From the NCBI RefSeq assembly GCF_001194135.2, contig NC_068983.1, forward strand, positions 106,142,223 through 106,178,924: a DNA stretch of 36,702 nt, written 5' to 3'. Below the pieces are notes generated by a model. That model made no database searches. It had not been told where the DNA came from and worked only from the letters and a program-made list of their open reading frames with translations. Origin of the DNA: Octopus bimaculoides (Eukaryota). Below are positions 10,456 through 21,316 of this stretch, one piece after another. How positions within the stretch are numbered: position 1 is the first letter of the stretch; each line of letters begins with the position of its first letter. Position numbers and translations under genes: made by a program.

Positions 10456-13400
10456 AATATGGCATGTTTCTTTTGGTTTCTGTCTACTAAATCCAGTCAT
10501 GAGGTTTTGGTTGGCCTGAGGTTATAGTAGAAGATACTTGCCCAAGGTGCCAAGTGGTGGGACTGAACCTGAAACCACGTGTTTTGGTAACTAACTTCTC
10601 AACCACACAGCCACAACTGCACCTGTATGCCATGCATGCACTTACATGCTACATTATTCAGTACCAGTTGTTATTCTATATCATTCATACTACTTTGTAC
10701 TCTAACATACCACACACACTTAATATATTATCACAGACTCTTCATACCACTCATACCAGTGATTACTTTATATAAACATCCTTCTTTTTTTTTTATATCT
10801 TTTGATAGTGTCATTGGAGAAGAAACCACAGCTGATGGTAAGAAAATTGAGTTTACTAATAATCCAACATGGATCATTGATCCAATTGATGGGACTACTA
10901 ACTTTGTACATAAGTGAGTATAACATTCCTATAGTTACATTAACTGACCGTTCTGGTTACTAACTAACTAACTGACTGACTGACCTCATACCTATTGGCT
11001 AACACTGTGCTCACTGACTGGTTTTATAGTCACTCAGTGAGTGGAGCACATGTTGTTACAGTATGTTGTTTAACCACAAGTCAACCTCAATGGAGTTATC
11101 TCATGATTAAAAGCATTACAGCTGTGACCATCTCATCTTTTTTGCATATCTAATATTATTATCCAATGTGTCCTTGTTTTAAGATAATATGATTTTTAAA
11201 AAATTAGCTGCTATTACTAGCAAGTCATTTGTAGAATATACTTGTGTGAGATGTATTTTGATAGTCAAAAATAAAAGAAGTGACCTGCATTTGGCTATGT
11301 TTCATATTTTACTTGACTTGAGATTAAAAAATTTTTTTTATAGTAATGGGAATTATAAATTCTTTCTAATATAGCCAAAAGGCCTGAAATTTTGAAGAAG
11401 GGGCCTAGTTTATTACATCAATTGATATGTATTTGACTGTCAATTGGTATGTATTTTATTAACCCCCAAATGGATGAGAGGCAAAATTGACCTCAGTAGA
11501 ATATGGGCACAGAATGTAAAGCTGGTAGGAATGTCACTAATTTGTCCAGCATGCTAATGATTCTGCCGGCTCGCTGCCTTTATGGGAATTATAAATGGGC
11601 AAAATGAATTTGGTAGATGCATAGTAAAATCAATATTTCACGATAAGACATTAACATCTTCACCTGGAAAGGTAGTTGATGTTATAAATATTTACCCTTT
11701 TGTAGTAGTTGTTTAGTTCAGTTTAGAGTTAGGACAAAAATCATGAGGAATTCTATCCAATGTTCCAGTGACTCTGCCAATAGCCAGTATCTGATGTCTT
11801 ATATTCTCTTATAGTCTTAAATTCTATATTGTTTTTTTTTTTTTTGCTTTAATTTAATCTTTCATTGTACCTTGATGCAAGTGTGGGAGGATGGGAAAAC
11901 TGGTTAGTGTGGAGACAATGTGTGCATGTGTGTGTAATTGTTAGGTGGGTACTATGAAAATATGTATGTGAGAATGTGAGAGCAACTCTGTGTGACAGTT
12001 ATCTAATCATATTTAGTTAAAAAAAAAAAATCAATGAAAATTGGTAAATGATAACCAGTATATAGCATTATTCTTCTTTCTACTAAATTAGTGAACTCAT
12101 AACTGGAATTAACTTTTTATATTTCTGAATAGAATACCATACACATGTATTTCTATTGGATTGACAGTCAACAAAGAGGTAAGAGAATATTTATCATTCA
12201 TCATTTATTTTGTTAAATTTTCATGTTGACAATCTCTTTCATATTTTTCCTGCATTTTTTATTTCCTTCTCAATATATGTATGTGTGTTTGTGTGTTTAT
12301 TACATTTCTTCAAGAAGTGGGGCAAATTTAATAAACATGTATTCTACTAAAAAGTATTAAGTAATTCTTCAACTTAATGTTTAATAATTATTATAACTTG
12401 ACATAAAAACAAACATTTACACAGACAGATTGATCGATCAAAACAGTTTGATACAAACTCCTTGGTATTCCGAAAGGAGTTTGAATCAAACTCTTTTGAT
12501 CTATATACATGTAACTCCCAATAAATGTGTTGAGTGCCCTACTTTTGTTTGTCCACTCATTCGTGTATGTGTGTGTGTATATATATATATACAATTGCAG
12601 TGTAGAAGGTGTTTATAAACCATTTANNNNNNNNNNNNNNNNNNNNNNNNNNNNNNNNNNNNNNNNNNNNNNNNNNNNNNNNNNNNNNNNNNNNNNNNNN
12701 NNNNNNNNNNNNNNNNNNNNNNNNNNNNNNNNNNNNNNNNNNNNNNNNNNNNNNNNNNNNNNNNNNNNNNNNNNNNNNNNNNNNNNNNNNNNNNNNNNNN
12801 NNNNNNNNNNNNNNNNNNNNNNNNNNNNNNNNNNNNNNNNNNNNNNNNNNNNNNNNNNNNNNNNNNNNNNNNNNNNNNNNNNNNNNNNNNNNNNNNNNNN
12901 NNNNNNNNNNNNNNNNNNNNNNNNNNNNNNNNNNNNNNNNNNATATATATATATATATATATATATATAATCTTTTACTTTGACTGTCATTAGACTGTGG
13001 CCATGCTGGGGCACTGCCTTGAAGTATTTTTACTCAAATGAATCGACCCCAGTACTTATTTTTTGTTAAGCCTGATACATCTTCTATCAGGCTCTCTGCT
13101 GAACCTATAAGTTAGGGGAATGTAAACATGTCGACACTAGTTGTCAAGCGGTGGTGGAGGACCAACACAGTCATGACAACACACACACACAAAAATATAT
13201 GTATACAAATATATGATGGGCTTCTTTCAGTTTCCATCTATCAAATTCCTTCACAAGGCTTTGATCAGCTTGAGGCTATAGTAGAAGACACTTGTCGAAG
13301 GTGTCACACAGTGGGACTGAACCCAGAACCATGTGGGTGGGAAGCAAGCTTCTTACCACACAGCTACACTTTTGCCTGTTATATATATAACACTAGTAGA

Positions 13401-16400
13401 TCACAACAAATCAATTTTAAGTTGCTGGGTTCATATTCATATAGCATTATGTAAGATTAGTCTTAATAATTATTATGTATTTGAATATTGTTCAATAACA
13501 GCTGTCTGCAAATGTTTCATTGAGTGAAGTATGATCAAGAACTATTAAATTTTTCAGAATTTACTACCTCAAAGATGTACAATACTTTCCCCCAATCAAA
13601 TAATTACATTCTGGTGGTAGGGTGGTACTTACAAAGCCGCCCGGAAAATGATAATTAGGATAATGCTCCAGCACACAAGTCCTTGGTTTCAATGGCTGCT
13701 GTACATGACTGTGGCTTTGAACTGGTTGGTCACCCTCTCTATTCTCTGGATTTTGCCACATCTGACTATCATTTGTTCCTTAACATGAAAAAAACATTTT
13801 GCTGGGGAAAGTGTTGCAGTGATGATGTCATATTTGCTGTTGATGACTTTTTTGACTAACATGATGAAGGCTTCTTTACCAATGGGATCTAAGCACTGCA
13901 ACACCAATAAAATACTGTAATTTGTTTCTTCTATTTTATTCTTATAAGATAATTTAGGCACTTGACAACAGCAGAACAGGCTTTATTCCATCAATGTCAA
14001 CATAAACAATGAAAACATTACTCATTAGGGAACAAGAGGAACTAAAACTAAGACAAATATTTTGAAAAATAAATGTAAAGAAAATACTCAATATGTATAT
14101 TTAAACGTTTATTTTTTAAAAACATTTTATTTTTTTCAGCCAGTAATTGGAATTGTGTATAACCCAATCACAGATGTATTTTTTAAAGCAAGAAAAGGAC
14201 ATGGTGCATTTTGTAATGACAAAAAGATATCAGTGACTGGTTTAGAAGGTATTGAATGGTTATACTGACTATTTTGTTTTTAATATATTCCTTCTTAAAA
14301 GAGCAAAAAATTGGCAGAAAGAATAGGGTGTTGGTCAATGAGTTGATCAAGTGTAGAATGTTGACCAAACTGCTTTGCTGTATTTAGTTGTGACCTATGT
14401 TTGATTTTGAATTCCACGAGAGTCAATTTAACTTTTTCATCCTTATAAAAATGGAGGTCAATAAAACAGATACCAATCAAGGACCGGGGTTGTTATAATT
14501 GGCTCTTCCCTCCCTCAAAATGTGTGACCTTGTACCTGTGTTAGGAATCTATAAATTCTTCCTTAAAGGGCAATGAATTGGCAGAAACAGTTGAATGTCA
14601 GACAAATAGTTTTGGGATATTTGGTTACAATCCTTATATATTTTTAGGTTAAATTCACTGGGGCCAACTTTTTATCTTCATTTTTTTTTTAGTCAATAAA
14701 ATAAGTATCAGTCAGGTACTGAGTTTGGTTAAATCAACTATACCTTCTCCCCCTCATAAAATAATTTTTAACTGTGTACCCAAGATAGAAATCAGTAAAT
14801 TCTTTTAGAATATGTGTGATGAGAAACTTATTTTACACTTATATGTTTATGACTTTTTCATCATAGCATCCAGTCCACCTTGCAGGGTGGCTGGTGTTAG
14901 AAAGGGCATCCAACCATAAAAACCATGCCAAAACAGACACAGAAGTCTGGTGCAGTCTTCTACCTGGCCAGCCCCTGACAAAATGGCCGGCCCATGCTGG
15001 CATGGAAAGCGGCTGTTAAACAATGATGATTTTGTTAGAGGAAAGCAGTGAGTGCAGAGTGAAGACAAGCTGCTAATGTGCTAAACTCTTGACTTGCTTT
15101 TAATTCCTTGCAATGAGGGATGAGGAAAACAAAATTCATGTCAAATGACATTTGTAGGACTTGTTTAATAGGACATCTGTGCAATAAACAATTGTTATAC
15201 ATCCTGTCTGAAATTCTTGTTTAATTCAAAGGTGTCAATTTATCTAGGACTTATAACTTAGTCTATTTAATCCTTAACTACAATTTTTAAGTAGGATTAT
15301 ATGTTTATAGGGGTGTCATTATGATTTCTTGTAATATAGGACTAATTCTATTTTGGTTACTACTATGGTCACTGTCTCTTTTTTCAGTATTGTAGTGATG
15401 GTTAACCATCCTAGTCAATGCCTCTACAGTCATCTTCCTTATTACCATAAGCACAAAAGCCAAAGAATGGCAGAAATGGTAAAGACCAAACTGAATGTTT
15501 TATATTATTTGTCAAGGTTAATTTTAACTGAATTCAATAATGTAAATTCCCTTTATATAGTGGGGTTGATTCAAACAACTATTCTTTTTCTATGCAAATT
15601 TCCAGCCATTCTTGTGTCAGCATGGTATTACAAAACACCATTGAGTGAAATTTGGTCAATAGAAACTGTATGGAAGAAGCCTATCATTATGTGTGAGTGA
15701 GTGAATGCACATGTATTTTAGTCCTCATTAACACCACTTGGACAATGGTGGTATTTGTTTATGATCCCATAAACAAAACACTTCACTTGGCAGTTCCACC
15801 TGTAAAGACCATTAGAATAAAGTATCTTATTTGAAAACAAGAACTGGTGCCAGGAAGAATACTGCCTTAAGAAGTCACATCCAACACATGCTAGATTGTA
15901 AAAAGTAGATTGGTACAGTCCTCTGACCCATCAGATTACAACGACCCCAGTGCTCAATTGGTACTTATTTTATTGATCCCAAGAGGATGAAAGGGCAAAG
16001 TGGACCTTGGCGGAATTTGATAGTTATATTATATAAATGTGTTGAATTTTCTTTCTGTCTTATTTAGAGATAGAGTCAGCCATGTTTATTATGGAATTTG
16101 GCTCTAATAGAGAACCAGACAAGATGGCTATCAAGTTTAGGAACCTCTTCAATCTAAACAAAGCAAGTCATGGGTAAGACTTATTTTACTTTAGTTTAAC
16201 AATGATATTCCATATGAAATTAGTTTTTGTTTAACTGTATCCTTACTGTCTCTCACTCCCCAGAACCTGCAAGAAGCACTTTTTTCTCTCGAACTGCAAA
16301 TTTCTGGTTTTCTGCTCATGCTTCTACCTGCAAACATTAAACTACAGGTATTCAAGCTGTACATTAAGTACATTAATCTTACTGATCTGAGAAAATCTGC

Positions 16401-16838
16401 AAAGTTATGAAGTACTGCTCCTCATTAACTTATAAAAATAATTTTTAAAATGCAGGCTATTGTTACTAGGAATTTTTCATCCCATGTGCAACTTGGCCTA
16501 GTATACAGGAAAATGTTTCCAGAAGCAAAAAAAATGGGATAGCTTTAAGAACAAAATTTGTCTCACAATCAAAACAATAGAAGTTATAACAAATAGTACA
16601 GGTCAGTGGTATTACTTAGTATTTTAATAATTGGATTAAAACCCCTTCAGGAAATCTTTGGAGTCAACTCATAACACTTTTTTTCTCCAAAGATTTCTTG
16701 AAGAAGGGGTCCTAATCCTGGATTACTGAAAGACAAGGTAATACCAATGACCTGTATTATTTCTTATAACCTCTGTTGTTCTGGTTTATGGAAAAAAAAA
16801 TTAAATGCATTTATATATCAGACAATGTTTCATGCAAA

Positions 16839-16873
<35 letters not shown>

Positions 16874-18967
16874 TAATTTTAAAGCTAAAAAATGCAAGCT
16901 ATAAGATATACAACTCAACTTGTATTATTTCTTATAACTTGCAATGTTTTAAGCTTTGCAAAAATTAAAAGCATTTATATATATCATACAATGTTCATGC
17001 AATCTATACTACTCAAATGTATATATACAAACACTAATGATGTAACAATGAGGTAGATTTTTTACTTTTTCTGGCTGTGTTATAATACATGTGAGTGAAA
17101 TGATTAATATGCACCAGCTTATGATAGTATGGTCATATGGAATTTTTATACTAGGATATATGGCAGTGAGGTAGAGTGTTGCAAATTGTAATGCAATATG
17201 GTGAGATATATTTCTGTGGGGGGGGATGTAATATGATGTTGTATAATATATTGTAAAACCATTCTGCTTTAAGTCCTGGATTGTATATCAGACATTAAAA
17301 ACTTGTTCATATCATCTGCAACTTGTTAATAAATTCTCTAATGTATATTTGATTCTGAGAAATTCTTAACAATTTTTCTGTGAGTACTGTATTCTGCTTT
17401 GTTTTTTCTTTTTCTAAAGCTTGAGAGCATATGGTTCTGCTGCACTAAATATGTGTAATGTTGCTCAAGGAGAAGGAGATGGATATGCAGAACATGGCAT
17501 CCACTGTTGGGACATTGCTGCTGGGGCTGTTATTGTGAGAGAAGCAGGAGGAGTTGTAATAGATCCTTCTGGTAAGTAAATACTCTCTCTCTCTGTATAT
17601 ATATATATAGGAGTGGCTGTGTGGTAAGTAGCTTGCTTACCAACCACATGGTCCCAGGTTCAGTCCCACTGTGTGGCATCTTGGGCAAGTGTCTTCTACT
17701 ATAGCCTCGGGCCGACCAAAGCCTTGTGAGTGGATTTGGTAGACGGAAACTGAAAGAAGCCCGTCGTATATATATGTATGTGTGTATGTGTTTGTGTGTC
17801 TGTGTTTGTCCCCCGCAACATCGCTTGACAACTGATGCTGGTGTGTTTATGTCCCCGTAACTTAGCGGTTCGGCAAAAGAGACAGATAGAATAAGTACCA
17901 GGCTTCTAAAGAATAAGTCCTGGGGTCGATTTGCTCGACTAAAGGCGGTGCTCCAGCATGGCCACAGTCAAAAGACTGAAACAAGTAAAAGAGTAAAAGA
18001 ATATGGGAGAATTTACGAAAAAAACAACAACAGACGAGGACAGGTGGCGTAAACAACAAATGGATGTATTAGTTTAACGCTCAGGAATAGAGAAAGTCTT
18101 TAACGTTTCGAGCTACATTCTTCGACTGAAAGGAACACAGAAAGAAATAAGGAGAAAAAATATATATATGTAGTGGTCAGCGATCTATCATATATATATA
18201 TATATATATATATATGTATTGTTCTATTTCGGGGTGGTCATTTTTTTTTTGCCAAATAAACGCACCCACTATATATTTGTTCTTCACTTGTTTATAACTG
18301 TTCTTATTCTAACTCATGTCCATTGTTTGGAAATCTTTTGTCACACATCTGTGACCTCTTCAGCAACACTTTCTGTCCACGTGTATGCTCTTGCTCCACT
18401 TAGTCCATTCTGTTCTTCTATGATATGTATCCTTATATGTGCATGCGTTTGCGTCTGAATTTGTGTGAGTGTGTCGTTGTTCTTAGTAACTATGTGGACC
18501 CTCCCCTCAGCCCCGTCCCCTCCTATGTTGCCGCTGCTGCTACCTTTACCCATATACACACACAAACACACAATAACTTCACAAACAGTCGCAACAATAT
18601 CAACAACGCAACCAACAATGACCACATCAACAGCGACAACATGATGGTAGCAACGTGGGCAAATATACACAAACACAGAGATACAGGAATAGTACCAAAA
18701 GCTGGGGTAAGGGTAGCAGCAGCAGCAATGGGGGGGGGAGCTAAGGCATATAAGGATACACATCATAAAAGAACAGAATGGACTAAGTGGAGCAAGATTT
18801 CTGGACAATGGACATGAGTTATAATAAGAATTGTAATAAATGAGTGAAGAACAAATATATAGTGTCTGTGTTTATTTAACAAAAAAAACAGACCATCCTT
18901 AAATACAACAATATCTGTTTCAACACATGGTTTCACATCAAGAATCTTGCAACACAAATTCATAAAC

Positions 18968-19011
<44 letters not shown>

Positions 19012-20859
19012 TATTCATCATCATCGTTTAACATCCATCTTCCATGCATGCATAGGTAGGACACTTGATAGGAGCCAGCCAGGTAGAAAAACTACCTAAA
19101 GCTACTGTGTCTATTTTGGCAGGGATTTTACAGCTGGATGCCTTTCCTAACACCAACCACTCTGCAGAGTGGACTCACTGCTTTTTATGTGGCACTAGCA
19201 TAGGTGAGGTTAGTTTTGGCATGATTTTTACAGCTAGATGCCCTTCCAAATGCCAGCCATGTGACAGTGTGGACTGGATACTTTTAATGTGGCACCAGCA
19301 CTGCCTTATATAATATATATATTCCTCTTTCATCACCATAGATACCTCACCCTCCTCATGCACTATACCTGCCTCTCTCTTGTCCTTTTCCTGTCTGCTG
19401 CATCATTATTACTAATTTGGAGCACTGCATTGAGGGTGTGCACTTCATCATCTCACTTTCTCACTGGGGTAATCATGTATCTCCTATACAACTCAACACT
19501 TGTCCCTATCCCTCCATCATATTTTAGCCTCTCAACACCTGGCATATTATTATCTTGCTCAATGCTACATCCCCATTCAATTGTGAGGGTCTTGTGTGTT
19601 ACTTGGTGACCTCACTAGTGCTGGTGCCTTGAAAAAAAGCACCTGATGCACTCTGTAAAGTGGTTAACATTAGGAAGGACATCCAACTGTAGAAACCATG
19701 TCATATTAAACATTGGAGCTTGATGTAGTCCTTTGGCACATTGAATTCTGTTGAACTTCCAACCCAAGCCAGCATAGAAGGTAGATGTTAAACTATGATG
19801 ATATACCATCGTTAACATCATATCTCATTCTTCTTATATCCAATTTTTCTTTCAACACATTAATATTTTGTCATTCATGCACACTTGTGTTTCACGCCCA
19901 ATGGAATATGTTAGCTTCATTTCTTTCTAGTTGTCACAATTCAGGACACATGTCTCACTATCATTGTTGTTTATACACAAGCATCATACAATTTACCTTT
20001 CATTCTGAGAGCGAAACCTTTTGTTATTAATGGTGGTAAAAGCTATCTGAACTTTCTCTAGCCTGTTCTGCTGGCAACTATACTTTCAGAACATCCTCCT
20101 CCACTGCTAATTAGGCCACCTTAACAACAGAAGTTATCAACTACCTGTAGGGATCTTAATGGACATTTGATAAAATCTATTTCCTGTGTGCAGTTACGCT
20201 TATTGATCCTGGGCACAAATAGAATTTAATTTCTCTGTTAATCTGCCTGTGATACTTCTAGATGCATTATCAATGTTTTTCTTTTCAGATGGTAGATTGG
20301 TAAATTTAATCATCATCTTTTAACATCCATGTTGGCATGGGTTGGACTCTCTCTGTATATACAGTTGCTGCCAGCATGTATGTATATAATTTTATGTGTT
20401 CACAGCAGCAACAGAACCCTTCAGCTCTTCTTTCTAGCAGTGTCAGTGTTCTAACACCTTCAGTTATATTTAATGACATTTATTGTTTTCCTTTTTTGGT
20501 GAAACTCTGCTAACTAGCTGCCTCCGTGGCCATTGCCAGTACTGCCTGACTGGCCTTCGTAGGATTTTCGAGCAAGATTGTTGCCAGTGCCCCTGGACTG
20601 GCTCTTGTGCGGGTGGCACATAAAATACACCATTTTAAGTGTGGCCGTTGCCAGTACCGCATGACTGGCCGTCGTGCGGGTGACACGTAAAAGCACCCAC
20701 TACACTCTCGGAGTGGTTGGCATTAGGAAGGGCATCCAGCTGTAGAAATTCTGCCAAATCAGATTGGAGCCTGGTGTAGCCATCCGGTTTCACCAGTCCT
20801 CAGTCAAATCATCCAACCCATGCTAGCATGGAAAGCGGACGTTAAACGATGAACAATGA

Positions 20860-20898
<39 letters not shown>

Positions 20899-21316
20899 CA
20901 CATATATATATAAATAAAAGCAGGGTGCTTTAAAGTTCCTGGCTTTAAGGGTATTGGAACTCGGAGGCCTGACTTTCCGAGTTCTTTTACAGGTTTTAGA
21001 AAAATTGAAGGACCACTGCAATAAGTGTGTGAATCTGAGAAAGAAGTATGTTGAGTAAAATCATAATTAACTGAGCCTCCTGTACTTTCTTTTAACCAAA
21101 GCCAGGAACTTTTCAGCATCTCCTTGTATATATATATACACATGCACACACATACGCACACACACAAATCTAATCTGATCTGATGCAATATTTAATTTTT
21201 TTTTTTCAGGTGATAAATTTGATGTAATGAGCCGAAAGGTTTTAGCAGCAGCAAGTATGCCACTAGCATTAAAGATGTCTGCTGTGTTGGAAGATCCTGG
21301 ATTTGAAAGAGACTAA
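6598..21316 (+). CDS. IMPA1: Inositol monophosphatase (IMPA1/IMPA2 family), 8 coding exons, 279 aa
   Basis: The spliced ORF is open with GT-AG introns and consistent phases. Motifs [32 protein letters not shown] and [15 protein letters not shown] are present. Invertebrate gene, so IMPA1 versus IMPA2 orthology is not resolvable. Confidence 0.95.
7224..7920. mobile_element. TTAA-flanked MITE (second family) interrupted by a family B insertion
   Basis: TTAA-CCCTTTTCTTACC at 7224 and GGTAACAAAAAGG-TTAA ending at 7920. A related left-end copy starts at 29746. Confidence 0.7.
7368..7826 (-). mobile_element. Family B retroposon with 8-bp TSD gtcaaata
   Basis: (CAT)n start followed by ttaacgtccattttccatgctggcatggg. 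TSD at 7360-7367 and 7827-7834. Confidence 0.8.
8455..8588 (+). CDS. IMPA1: IMPA coding exon 2 (MIKECFY...[12 protein letters not shown]...HYPGH)
   Basis: tttcAG acceptor, GTAAG donor, 134 nt. Not in the ORF track (below the length cut-off). Confidence 0.93.
8647..9529 (+). mobile_element. Mariner (DD34D) transposon relic, internally deleted and pseudogenised
   Basis: GD-(E)[54 protein letters not shown], with stops and frameshifts. The right TIR-like tttttaactctccctcata is weakly mirrored at 8647. Confidence 0.85.
10112..10265 (+). mobile_element. tRNA-derived SINE (further family), old copy
   Basis: A-box tggcctagtgg, B-box-like gtttgattcc, then ttgagcaaatcacttcatttcatgttgc. Confidence 0.55.
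10461..10612 (-). mobile_element. SINE family A 5' half
   Basis: Reverse complement of 17611-17765. Confidence 0.8.
10809..10913 (+). CDS. IMPA1: IMPA coding exon 3 (VIGEETT...[14 protein letters not shown])
   Basis: 105 nt, AG/GTGAGT; contains the metal-binding DPIDGT motif. Confidence 0.95.
12133..12178 (+). CDS. IMPA1: IMPA coding exon 4 ([15 protein letters not shown])
   Basis: 46 nt, aatAG/GTAAGA; bridges phase 2 to phase 0 and matches the FPFVAVSIG segment of the family. Confidence 0.9.
12436..12501. other. 66-nt near-perfect hairpin in IMPA intron 4
   Basis: Arms 12436-12463 and 12474-12501 pair at 26 of 28 positions around a 10-nt loop. Confidence 0.85.
12627..12942. other. Assembly gap (Ns) next to (AT)n
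   Basis: Run of Ns. No IMPA coding exon is missing because the spliced CDS is complete without it. Confidence 0.97.
13215..13367 (-). mobile_element. SINE family A copy (homology extends upstream to about 13020)
   Basis: gatgggcttctttcagtttcc...gggactgaacccagaaccatgtg...cttaccacacagc. Confidence 0.8.
13659..13910 (+). mobile_element. Mariner transposase C-terminal relic (second family)
   Basis: [45 protein letters not shown], followed by stops. Confidence 0.8.
14140..14248 (+). CDS. IMPA1: IMPA coding exon 5 (PVIGIVYNP...[10 protein letters not shown]...GLE)
   Basis: 109 nt, poly-T cAG acceptor, GT donor at 14249. Confidence 0.92.
14875..15030 (+). mobile_element. Family B 3' fragment
   Basis: gttagaaagggcatccaacc...cccatgctggcatggaaagcggctgttaaacaatgatgat. 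Confidence 0.7.
16068..16173 (+). CDS. IMPA1: IMPA coding exon 6 ([19 protein letters not shown]...KASHG)
   Basis: 106 nt, tttAG/GTAAG; the frame is open only with the first AG (16066-16067). Confidence 0.88.
17420..17571 (+). CDS. IMPA1: IMPA coding exon 7 ([12 protein letters not shown]...[23 protein letters not shown])
   Basis: 152 nt, AG/GTAAGT; carries IMPase signature 2. Confidence 0.95.
17611..18000 (+). mobile_element. SINE family A, near full length, with internal microsatellite
   Basis: A-box tggctgtgtgg (17614), B-box ggttcagtcc (17657), tail gactgaaacaagtaaaagag. Lies 40 nt downstream of the exon 7 donor. Confidence 0.85.
18001..18170 (-). mobile_element. Small repeat fragment, possibly PLE-terminal; part recurs at 34960-35016
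   Basis: The reverse complement of 18003-18060 matches 34960-35016. Contains a degenerate ...GA-stem-GAAACGT motif. Confidence 0.45.
18218..18912. repeat. Long inverted repeat (arms 18218-18439 and 18747-18912)
   Basis: Shared blocks cactatatatttgttcttcac, aactcatgtccattg and gctccacttagtccattctgttctt. The right arm lacks about 50 nt. Confidence 0.85.
19016..19820. mobile_element. Cluster of old family B-related copies in both orientations
   Basis: catcatcgtttaacatcc at 19016; cagctggatgcctttcctaacaccaaccac; opposite-orientation copy ending gatgttaaactatgatgat at about 19800. Confidence 0.6.
20520..20862 (+). mobile_element. Family B copy, close to 1608-1977
   Basis: The ORF track shows shared peptides ([25 protein letters not shown]) at both loci. 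Confidence 0.85.
20920..21128. mobile_element. Mariner-type MITE in a TA microsatellite
   Basis: TIRs agggtgctttaaagttcctggcttt (about 20922-20946) and aaagccaggaacttttcagcatctccttgta (about 21098-21128), with TA-rich flanks. Confidence 0.75.
21210..21316 (+). CDS. IMPA1: IMPA coding exon 8 ([15 protein letters not shown]...FERD*)
   Basis: Poly-T cAG acceptor; TAA at 21314-21316; C-terminus resembles the family ending. Confidence 0.92.

Noticed and set aside
12627-12942. Possibility that the short IMPA exon is lost in the gap
   Set aside because: The 46-nt exon was found at 12133-12178 and the CDS is complete.
18341-18817. 155-aa (-) and 130-aa (+) ORFs
   Set aside because: They span the inverted-repeat arms and a low-complexity CAA/GCA-rich spacer; compositional artefacts.
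20823-21188. 121-aa minus-strand ORF that looks coding ([20 protein letters not shown]) and a 9-bp hairpin at 20957-20984
   Set aside because: Both lie within a mariner-type MITE defined by TIRs, between microsatellites.
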